Source: Macrostomum lignano
Lineage: Eukaryota
DNA: 64,000 nt
Direction of reading: 5' to 3'
Assembly: GCA_002269645.1 (NCBI GenBank)
Contig: NIVC01002128.1
Location: 124,001-188,000 of the forward strand
Both the position numbers and the translations under genes were made by a program. This document shows, piece after piece, positions 45,901-57,718 of this stretch (the stretch's first letter is position 1; every line of letters starts with the position of its first letter). The notes under the pieces were generated by a model. It made no database searches. It saw only the letters and a program-made list of their open reading frames with translations, and was not told where the DNA came from.

Positions 45901-48900
45901 TTATCCTTAAAACGTCAACTACTAAGCAGCAAGCGCACCTGATGAATGCTATCAACAGCCTGCAGAACGTGCGACATCCACTGGAAGCACTGGTCCTCAT
46001 TGGCGTCCGGTCTCTGCTCGGCCGCTATGATAATTCGTTCGTCGTTTAAAATTCTCTGACTAAAAACGGCGATCCGGCCGCGGAATACAAATTTGAGAGG
46101 CTCAACTGCCAGCACCGTGGCGATCAGATCGTCTGAGTTGTGCCGCCTGCCAGCCACCGTCATCAGGCCTTCCAGGCTGCCGCACACGAACACGAGACCG
46201 CCCTGTGGGGGGGGGATGGAGGGTTTGGTGAGTGCAGCCGCTCGAGATCGGGACTTCTCATGCTGCAGGATTCCTCTATTTTGATTAGGAACATTGGAGT
46301 GTGCGATGCAAAGCGATAGAATTAAAGGTGACGGTTAGGGAGGCGGAGTGGGACAGAAACTGAGAGGAAGACAGGGAGACAGAGAGGGGGAGACAGAGAG
46401 GTAGCCGGAGAGTGATATGGAGGTGCCGGAGAAGAAGAGGGAGACAGAGAGGGCCAGATAGAGAGACGGAGAGGGAGATGAAGGGAGACGGAGGTAGAGA
46501 GGGAGACAGAGAGGAGGTGGAGAGGAAGGCGGAGGTGGAGACAGAGAGGGAGATAGAGAGGGAGACAGAGATAGAGGGAGATGGAGATATAGATAAAGAC
46601 AGGGAAGGCGGAGAGGGAGACAGAGGGGAAGGCGGTGAGGGAGACAGAGGGGAAGGCGGAGAGGGAGACAGAGGGGAAGCACAGACCATATAGAATATAG
46701 ACTGCGAATCTCGGGGGCCTGCCCAGGCGCGTTGTGGGACAAAAAAGCAACACAAAAAATGGTCCTTCCACAAAGCCCCAACTTCGATCGATATGTGGGA
46801 CAAAAAATGGGCAAGTGCAAGTTTTCAAGCTTAAAATTTACTTATTATAAAGAGTTTAAAACCCCAGGGAGGCAAAATAAATGTAAATTAGATTTGAATT
46901 GAATTGAAATTGAATTGAATTAAATTGAATTTGATTTGAATTAGAATTTCCTTGCAAAAAACCAATTAAAGCATTCTTATCCATGCAGCCTCAGCCAGCT
47001 TCTATAGTGTATCAAAAAAGAGAAAAGCGCCAGAAAATGTGGCAACTATTGCTGTGCTCAGGGAGCTGAACAAGAAGCACCAGCGACTAAGGGCGCGGTC
47101 AAAGTCACTGACAGAAATTGTGAAAGTGCTGTAGGCAAAGAATATTGTGGATGAAGCTGCAGCATCCCGTCTGCAGGTTCTGTCATCAAATTCATTGTTG
47201 AGCTGTCTAGTGCCAACTAAAAACAAGAGGATAAAAAATTTCCTCCTGAAGTTCGGCGATTTGCTTCCACGTTGCACTATTACAGTCCTAAAGCAGACAA
47301 ACACGTGAGAAACTTTTTCCAGCTTCCGTGCATCCATCTTCTCTACGGAAATGGATCTCAAGTGTGTACGATGCCTTCCAGGATTCTGCGTCCAAGCATT
47401 CCAAGAACTAACTATACGTACGGCTCGTATTCTGCTGAACACCGAAACGATTATTCGCCGCTCCGGCTTTGATAGCTGCTTTTCAAGCTCCATCGCTGTT
47501 CAAGAGACTGATAATGTCCAGCGCGCTGTTCTCTGAATTAGATTCGCATTCAGCAGCTGTTAGCACAGGTATTGAGTCACACAAGCTGCATTTGATGAAA
47601 GTTATGAGCATGTTTTACATCAGAATTCGCATGAAGAAAATTGCGAAAGACATGTCGCACTTATTAAGAAAGGCAGGAAAGAGACAGAAGCTGCTGCGCA
47701 CAGCAATTTTTCTTAATCTGTGAGCGCTTGGACTCTGAAGGATATTTCGGGGTACGCAGCTTAATTTAACTACTTTTTTATGTATTTGATTTTCGCGGCG
47801 TTTTATGTAAAAAAGAAGAAAAAATGTATCTCAATTGCATGTGTCCAATAGGAGCACAATGGAAAAGAGACCCGCCCTGTACCACATATTGATCGAGCTG
47901 GGGTGGGTGAGAGGGACCAGTTTCTTATGGGGGAAAATGGCCCACTTTTTTCTTCACTTTACTGGTCTATATTCTATATGGTCTGTGAGGGGAAGGCGGT
48001 GAGGGAGACAGAGGGGAAGGCGGTGAGGGAGACAGAGGGGAAGGCGGTGAAGGAGACAGAGGGGAAGGCGGTGAGGTAGACAGAGGGGATCGAGACGGGG
48101 AGTGAGACAGCCAGAGACGGAGGTGGAGGGAGACGGGGAGGAAAGCAAAGAAGGGAGACGGTGATGAGTTGAACACAACAGATGGATAGATTATATAAGT
48201 CCCCTCACAGTCACAAACAGTTCAACTACTAAAAACGTGAAACAGAAAAAAGGCAGACTTCCGCAAAGAATGCAAAAATCCACTCTGCCAAAGGAACTTA
48301 AGCCCTGGAAAAATACAGCCAGTTATCAGCGATCTCGGAAGCTTATCAAATTAATAAATTAATAAATACTAAGCACTGAACAGTTGCTATCAAGCACAAT
48401 CCAGACAGCCAGTCAGCAGATAGCGGAACAGTGTAAAGTTTTATTTCACCCAGGCCAAATCAGGACACACACTGCGGGGACAGACACCAGCTGATAGCAG
48501 AGCTGCCGTAGTGTCAAATTTGTGTACAGTGCTGGCTAAGCTAAACACTATGCCTAATACGCTAGGGTCATTGGGGTTGACTTGTACAATGCGCATACTG
48601 TACTGAAATCTATAGAAGATTAAAATGTAGATATGCATGCCGCTATGGATTTAGGACACAAGAATGTATTTAAAAATAAATGCGCATTTACAATATAAGC
48701 ATACATGCATAAATTTGGTCTCATAAATCTAAGTCATACACTTGTCTTATAAAGGATCATCTATCATAAGGAAGTACACCCAGACTAATAAAGGCAGTTT
48801 AAAAACACACACAGACACACACTAGAATGCTAGAGCAACTTTGTGAGGTTTCTAATTATGGTTGCACATTCAAACCTGATACATTCAACATTCACTGGTG

Positions 48901-49003
48901 GTGGTGTTCTAATAATACAAGAAGCTAAGAAAGCACATGTTGATTAAATGAACGAAAGATAAACAGATACGAGCGTAGATGACAGACACACCGACAGACA
49001 GAC

Positions 49004-49100
<97 letters not shown>

Positions 49101-52100
49101 CACAGACAGACAGACACACAGACAGACGCACAGAGACACACAAGCACAGACTCACCGAAGAAGGCGGCCCCAAGAAGCCGAGCAGTCCGGTGCGCACGAA
49201 GACCTCCCTATCGGAGATGGGCGCCCCGGTGGCGGCGGTGAGAGGCTGGCAGCGGAACACCTGGTTGCTCAGGCCGGCCAGGCCCCAGTACTTGTGGGCG
49301 GCGTACCTGGCTGACACGCAGATCTCGCCGACCTCGTCCTGTCGGCACAGAAACGGCTGGGCGGGAGCCAGACGGACCACAGCGACGGCGCCGGCGGGCA
49401 TGACGAGGCCGCAGTCCTGCAGCGTCAGCGAAGTGTAGGAGTTCTCAGAGTCCACCCGGACAACGCCGTGGCTGAGGCCCTGCATGCTCAGCACTCCGCG
49501 GCCGCTGGTGGCGGCTCCGGAGCCGGCGGGACGGCGCAGCGCCACAGTCAGGGACTCGCAGGAGTAGGCGCACGGGCACAGAGCTTCGGGCCGAAGTCCT
49601 CGCGGCTGGAATACGCTCAGAAATGAGTCGCAGGACGTCAGCGACCAGGGATTGGCGCCATCGGCCACCAGGAGGCACCGCAGAGAGTTCAGGTTCACTT
49701 CGCGATGATCTCGCTGGGTGAGCAGCGACCAGTACAAATCCCGTGATTTCGCCAGAGCCACTCCGATGCGTTGCTTAGCAACCAGTCTAAGCCAGCAGGA
49801 CGGGTCCTGCTTCATCACGGCGTAGGGCACGAACACGACGCTCATGCCGTAATACGCCGCGGCCAACACCGCGTGCCACAGGCCCAGCTCGCGTTTCGGG
49901 TCCACCAGGCACACCAGCGACTCCCCGCTAGCGTAGCCGCAGGCGGCGCCGATTGAGCGCGTGTGCGCCAGGGCGGCGCCGCGACTAACGCAGACGCCGC
50001 GCACGGAGCCGTCGCGACCCCAGGCGTATTCAACATAGGCCAGCGAGGCCGAGTCCAGACCGCCTGACTGCAGCGACGGCGGCTGCCAGTCCTTGGGCGG
50101 ATTGGACTGATTGGCGTCCACCAGGGCCCAGAATAGACTGCGAGGCCAGCCCTGGTACGTGAGCTGCCATTGATTTGGATGGGTTTTTTGATTGGATGGG
50201 ATTTCAAACTTTGATCGGATGGGATTTCAAATCATGATTGGGTGGTATTTTTAATCTTGATTGGGTGGTATTTTTAATCATTATTGGATGGGATTTCAAA
50301 TCTTGATTGGATGGGATTTTAAATCTTGATTGCATGGGATTTAAAATCTTGATTGGATGGGATTTTTAATCTTGATTGGATGGGATTTCAAATCTTGATT
50401 GCATGGGATTTGAAATCATGATTGGATGGGATTTTTAATCTTGATTGGATGGGATTTCAAATCTTGATTGCATGGGATTTGAAATCATGATTGGATGGGA
50501 TTTTTAATCTTGATTGGATGGGATTTGAAATCATGATTGGATGGGATTTTTAATCTTGATTGGATGGGATTTTTAATCTTGATTGGATGGGATTTTTAAT
50601 CTTGATTGGATGGTATTTTTAATCATGATTGGATGGGATTTCAAATCTTGATTGCATAGGATTTGAAATCATGATTGGATGGGATTTTTTTATCTTGATT
50701 GGATGGGATTTTAAATCTTGATTGGATGGGATTTCAAATCTTGATTCGGTGGGATTTTTAATCATGATCGGATGGGATTTTAAACTCTGATTGGATGGGA
50801 TTTCAAACTCTTGATTGGATGGGATTTGTAATCTTGATCGGATGGGATTTCAAATCTTGATTGGATGGGATTTGTAATCTTGATCGGATGGGATTTCAAA
50901 TCTTGATTGGATGGGATTCAGCGTTTCAAACTCAATCGCGAGCTCACCTGATCGGACCCGCCGCCAGATGCCGACGTCCCAGTCGAGCCGGAAGCGGAAG
51001 CGGCGGCCGCAGCCGCAACAGCCTTTGGCGCAGTGCGAATAAACGCTTCTGTGGTGAGCAGCACTCGAATATCCAGGGAGCTGAGCAGAAAGCCGGTGGC
51101 GGACGCGCACAGCGGCGGCGCCTCAACCGGAACCGGAACCAATCCAGCGAACTGCGAGGCCAGGAAGGCAATGACGAAGCTCACGGGGTCCGAGTTCGGC
51201 ACGGCGATGGCTACTCGGTCTCCCGGTTTCAAGCTCGAATCGCCGCGATGCCCCAGCCGATTGAGCAGAGTGTAGGCCAGCTTCTTCGATCTGTTCAGCA
51301 GCTTGGCGAAGCTCAGGCAGCTGCTCAGCTTGCCTGACAATTCCAGGCAGGCCACGGCCTGGGTTCGAGCCTGCGGCCCGGCGGCAGTCCGCATCAGCGA
51401 CTCCTCAAGCGAGGCGGCCGCGCCAGGCCCCGTGATGAGCGACTCCCCCACGGCCGGCCGCGACTCCTCGCCCTGCGGCCGCGGCGCGTTGGCATCGACG
51501 CCGCCACCGTCTGGCGAGTCAGACGTTGTCAGCGTCACGTCGGCAGCGTCGGGCGCGGAGGCAGTGGCGGATGATCCGCCGGCGGCTGCCGAGGTTGATC
51601 CGCCTGCAGCTGTCGGCTGTCGCTGCTTCGGCCTCGCCAGCGTTGCCACCAGCTGCTGGATCTTCGCCGAGGTGCGCGACTGGCCGTAGGGCCCCGACCG
51701 ATGATCCGAAGCTGCCGACGGCTGCGGCTCGGCAGAAGCGGCGGCGGCTGCGGCGGCCGAGGCTGCCAGGGTGACATCTGGAGGCTGCTGTCGGGAGCTC
51801 TGCTGCTGCTGCTGAGGATTTGGCGGTCGCTGCCGCTGCCGTTGCATCGGTGGAGTCTGGCTTTGCACTGCCGGTGGCTGCTGAATATGCCGACGCTGGA
51901 GCTGCTGGCTGGAGTCGCCGCTGCCGCCAGCCGGTCGGCTCTGATTGGTCGGCATGCCTAGATAATTATTGCCCTTGATAATGTACGTGTCGGATGAGCT
52001 GTAGCGAGATCGACTTGACTGATTAGTTGATGAGGCTGCAGCTGCGGCTGATGAAGCAGGAGGCTGGGGCTGGACTGGCTCCGATTGCTGGTGCTGCCTG

Positions 52101-55100
52101 AGCTGGCGCTGCTGCCTGCCGCTGCTACTAGAAGAGCCGCCAACAGAAGACGCCGAAGCCGCAGATTTGGCCAGGGAATGTCCAGCGCCGCCACCGCCGC
52201 CTGCCCCGCCGACAGACGAGGAAGCCAATGAGGATTCAACTGACGCGTCGTCAAGCGTCGAATGCTCCCCATCGGCGGGATGTCGATCGTCCACCACTAC
52301 TTCTTCGTCATCATCGTCATCGGCGAGGTCGCTGCCGGATCCGGCGGAGGCGTCCTCTTCGCTGTCTGCAGTGCGGAGCAGTCAGTTCGATAATAAACGC
52401 GATTAGTTTAGCTAGCAATAACTCAGTACACAGTGTACTCGAATAGTTCTTTCTTGGGAAACTTCTGGTGGCCGAAAACCAGAGCTCACGGACAGTCATT
52501 GCTCATTCCGCAGTTACTGTTTATAGTCTTATTAATCATTATATTAGTAACAGGTAGGTTTATGTTAATTACGTATCTTTTTAATATTAATTACTTATGT
52601 GTATAATTTAAATTTTAAATTTTTGACGGCAAACCTCTCTCTATCCGGCCCTCAGGTCCTTTCAAACTTTACAATAGAGATCTACCCGCTCAAGTTTTGT
52701 CTCTTCTCAGCTCCTCTCTCCCTCTCTCTTCCAATCCTTTCTCCCCATTCCCCTCTCCCTATTCCATTCTCCCTATTCCCCTTTCCCCTCTCCCTATTCC
52801 CCTCTCCCTATTCCCCTCTCCCCATTCCCCTCTCCCTATTCCTCTCTCCCTCTCTCTTCCATTCCTCTCTCCAAATTCCCCTCTCCCTATTCCATTCTCC
52901 CTATTCCCCTTTCCCCTCTCCCTATTCCCCTCTCCCTATTCCCCTCTCCCATTCCCCTCTCCCCATTCCCCTCTCCCTATTCCTCTCTCCCTCTCTCTTC
53001 CATTCCTCTCTCCCCATTCCCCTCTCCCTATTCCTCTCTCCCTATTCCTCTCTCCCTATTCCTCTCTCCCTCTCTCTTCCATTCCTCTCTCCCCATTCCC
53101 CTCTCCCTACTCCTCTCTCCCCATTCCCCTCTCCCCATTCCCCTCTCCCCATTCCCCTCACTATTCCCCTCTCCCTATTCCTCTCTCCCTATTCCCCTCT
53201 CCCTATTCCATTCTCCCTATTCCATTCTCCCCATTCCCCTCTCCCTTTTCCATTCTCCCCATTCCCCTCTCCCTATTCCATTCTCCCTATTCCATTCTCC
53301 CCATTCCCCTCTCCCTATTCCCCTCTCCCTATTCCATTCTCCCTATTCCCCTCTCCCTATTCCCCTCTCCCCATTCCCCTCTCCCTATTCCCCTCTCCCC
53401 ATTCCCCTCTCCCTATTCCCCTCTTCCTATTCCCCTCTCCCTATTCCATTCTCCCTATTCCATTCTCCCCATTCCCCTCTCCCTATTCCCCTCTCCCTAT
53501 TCCATTCTCCCTATTCCCCTCTCCCTATTCCCCTCTCCCCATTCCCCTCTCCCTATTCCCCTCTCCCCATTCCCCTCTCCCTATTCCCCTCTCCCTATTC
53601 CCCTCTCCCCATTCCCCTCTCCCTATTCCATTCTCCATATTCCCCTCTCCCTATTCCATTCTCCCTATTCCCCTCTCCCCATTCCTCTCCCCCCATTACT
53701 CTCTCCCTATTCCTCTCTCCCTATTCCTCTGTCCCCATTCCCCTCTCCCCATTCCCCTCTCCCCATTCCCCTTTTCTATCTCCCTCTTCTCTCTCACCTC
53801 TTCTCGTCCTCTTCTCTCTCCTCTCCCATTTCTATTTTCTTATTTTCTCTACTCTCATGTCATCTCTCACCTCTCCTCTCTTCTGCAATCTCTCATCTTC
53901 TCTCAGCTCTCCTTTCCTCTCTCACCTGGCCCTTGAAGTAAAAAAGTTTGCCCACCACTGCTTTAGGCCATTCGATTTTGAATCATTCTCGGTAACATAA
54001 AGCTGTTTCCTAGGACAGTGATTTTTCAACAAAAATTGAAAGGTGTGGCTGATTGAGTTGATGTGCATCTTGACCAAATAAACCATCCATGGGATGGCTA
54101 CGAATAACAGAAATCATGATCAATTGACAAATTATCCACATTTAGTACAGACTCGATCTTACAAAGCTTTATTAGTATATACAGTAAATAAATTTCTAGC
54201 TTCCGTATACGCCAGCACTACCTGGAAAGATTTTGAAACAAAGATTTGAACGCGAAACGCATATCAAGTAGGAATTCAGCAGATAGGTTTCTTAGAAAAC
54301 TATTGAAGGCTGAATTTATGCAAAACATTGCAATAAATGATGTTTTACTTTCTAGCTAAACTTTTTGCAGATTGATCACGTGGATATTAGATACTTTCGA
54401 TACATATCGGCTAGGTGATAAAAAGTCAGTACTTATTTCGCGTAAAAAAACAAGCCTTCAAAAAATTTTTCTAAGAAACGATCACTAATTCGAACAAGTG
54501 CCGCTTGGACCCGTGAACTTGAACTCACAGTGCTCCCGATCGGCCGACGCAAACGCGGCCGCTCCCGTAGCCGATTGCGTCATCGCCGACGAAGGCTGCC
54601 TTCGCACCGCTGCCAGCGGCATCGCCGTGCTGCTGCCGCCGCCGTGACTTCCCGCCCCGCCGCCAGTCGAAGGCCCAGCACTCTCGCGGTGCTTGGCCAG
54701 CGCGGCCTGAACTGCTTCGGTGCGGATGTCCGACTGATAGCGCAGATCGTCGCGTCGGTGATGCCGAGGACGTCGGATTCGAGGACTACCGCCGCTACTG
54801 TCGTCTGGACTGGCGTCTTTGGGCCGGGACTGGGACTGGGACTGGGACTGGGCCTGTGACTGGGACTGGGCCTGGGTATTAGGAGGCTGCTGCCGGCCCA
54901 CGTAGGGGTCTAGAAGCTTGGCTCGCTTCTTCTCGTAGCCTTTCTGCGTGATGTCGCCTGGTGTTGCAGGAATATTGCAGCTTTAATTATTCCCAATGAA
55001 ACTGAAGTCTGGCATGACCCACAGCTAGACTGACATGACCCACAGCTAGACTGACATGAACCACAGCTAGATTGACATGACCCACAGCTAGACTGACTGA

Positions 55101-57652
55101 CTGACATGACCCATAGCTGACCCAAACTTAAACCAACATGACCTAAACCTTTTGACATGGCCCATATCTAGACTGATACAACCTAACACCCAGACTGATA
55201 TGACCCAATACCTAGACTAATATGACCTAATGCCTAGACTGATATGACCTACATGTACTTCTATAGTGACAACAGAAACCTAGATTGATTGAACCCTTAG
55301 ACTAATTTAATAGTGTCAAATAATGTGACCTAAAATTATCTATATCATAATAACCTAATTTTTACTCCTAATTCTATTTGCTAATAATACAAGTATATTA
55401 TGTGATATTACTATTAGCCAATGCTATCATTTTGGCATCTACTTGGACATTAATACCAAATTGACCCAGATTTTTAAAAGATAGATTGCATTTTATTTTC
55501 AAATAAAAAATAATTTATATAATTGCCTTAATATAATTGCATTATGCCTTAGTATGTAATCACACTAGTTTTTAGCAAGCAAGTGCAAAAATTAAAATTT
55601 TTTCCTATCAAAACAGAGGTGCAATAGGCAATTTTTTACCTAGCACAGTTTTTTTTTTACAATTTTCCCAAATGCAAAAATGCATTGCAATATTGCACCT
55701 ATTGCAATTTGTTGTTTCAAAAATGCTTTGCAATTTTTGCATATAAAATTCTATATTAGCTAAGCTTTAGCCATCTATTCTATGATTCAACTATAAAAAT
55801 CTAATCTATACATATAAAAATCAAAACTCTGTCTGTGGACAAATTACTTTGCTATGGACTCCCAAACCACTCAACCAAATTATACCAAACTTTACACCCA
55901 CCCTAAACTTACTACGGAGAGTGTCGTAGGCTACTTTAAAATTTCCTAGACTCAAGTCTTCCTACCTAAAAGTACAAAAAACTGCTCAAAATGCGCGATT
56001 TTTTCACTAAATCCATCATAGCACTGCTCCACTTCTACCAATTCTCTTCAAATTTGACACAGATAATCTTCAACTATTTTGGCACAATCATGTAAAATTT
56101 CGAGTCTCAAAGTTAATCCTGAGCAGTGCTGTGCACTTTTAAAGTTAGGCTGTTTATTTTAGCGTAGCAACCACCCCAACCTCTGCCCGCCTGCCTCTCT
56201 TTCCCGATACCGATCTGGGCCTAGATGTGTAAAAGGGTTTCAAAATTGACTAACTTTCAGCTGCCATAAGTTTGCTCCACGTAAAGCGATTGACTTCAAA
56301 CTTGACACAATTCTTTATTGACTTATTCTCTATCTAAATGTAAAGTTTCAACTCTGTAACTCAACCGAAAAAGAAACTGTAAGCATGTGAAGTTTGTCTG
56401 CTTTTTCTGTTGTTTGCCACTCATCCAACTCATTCCCCCAGACGAAGGATCAGGCGATAAGGGCTCAATGTACATAGCAAATGTACAGTGTTTTGGAATA
56501 ACTTTTTAATAGCCTTCTCTGTATCCCCGGGAGTGGAGAGGCATAGAGAAGAGAGAGTTTAGCAAGAGATTCAAACTACTGTCCTCTGTATAGACAAGTC
56601 GCAGCAGTTAAACAAGGATGGCAAATCAAGGCTATGTGGGATGGTTTATAAAAATCGCAAAAAAATAATGAATAACTGATTACAATGCAATCCTACTAAA
56701 TTAGTTACACCATGAAAATTTTAACATTAAGATTCGCATAAGGTAACTTTAAAATTTAAATGGCCTCCTAAGAAATGCGTATTTCCTTGGTTGTTAGATT
56801 GCTGCAGACTGTGGTGGTGGAGCTGGAGAATGGAGATACACAAATTCCTCTCAGGGCTGCTAATTGGCCAGAAAGATGACGTGATTAAAGCATGAGAAAT
56901 GATAACAACCATGATAGTACTACATCCCATGATAGTACTTTCAAAGCAGGGATTGGCAGATTTTTATCTCCAAGGCCAGATAAAGAATCCAGCTCATGGC
57001 TGTGGGCCAGATGAGAGTGAAAAGGAAAAGTGGTGACAAGAGAACAGAGAAGAAGGGAGGAAGAAGCAAGAGAAGGGGAGAAAAGAAGGAGAGGAAAGAG
57101 TAAAGGTGAGAAGAGGGGAGAGATGAGACAGAGGATCGATGAGAAAAGAGAATAGAGAAGATTGAGAAGAGAGTAGAGATGAGAGAGCAGAAAGAAGATG
57201 ACAGAGGGTCAATAGGAGAGGAGAGATTAGAGAGGAGAGAGTAGAAAGGATAGAGAAGAGAGGAGATAAGAGGGGGAGAGAGGAGTGAGAAGAGAAGAGA
57301 TGGAGATAAGAGAGTGGTGAAAGAAGAGGGGAGAAAGGAGAAATGTGAGAGAACATCTGAGAGTAAAGATGACATATGAGAGAAGGGAGATGAGAGAGTA
57401 GAAATGAGAGTGAACAGACGAGAGATGGGAGAGTAGAGCGAAAAGAGGAGAGATAAGAAATAAGAGATAGGAGATGAGAGGTGAGACAAAGGGAGAGAGA
57501 AGTGAGTGAGGAGAGAGGAGGGAAGAGAATCAAAAGGATGGGGGAAATAGGGGAAAAGGAGGAGAGAGGAAAGGAAAGAGGGGAGAGATTAGAGATTAGA
57601 AGAGAGATGGGACAGGAGAGAGCAGAGACAAAAGGAGAGAGAGAGACGAAAG

Positions 57653-57686
<34 letters not shown>

Positions 57687-57687
57687 C

Positions 57688-57718
<31 letters not shown>

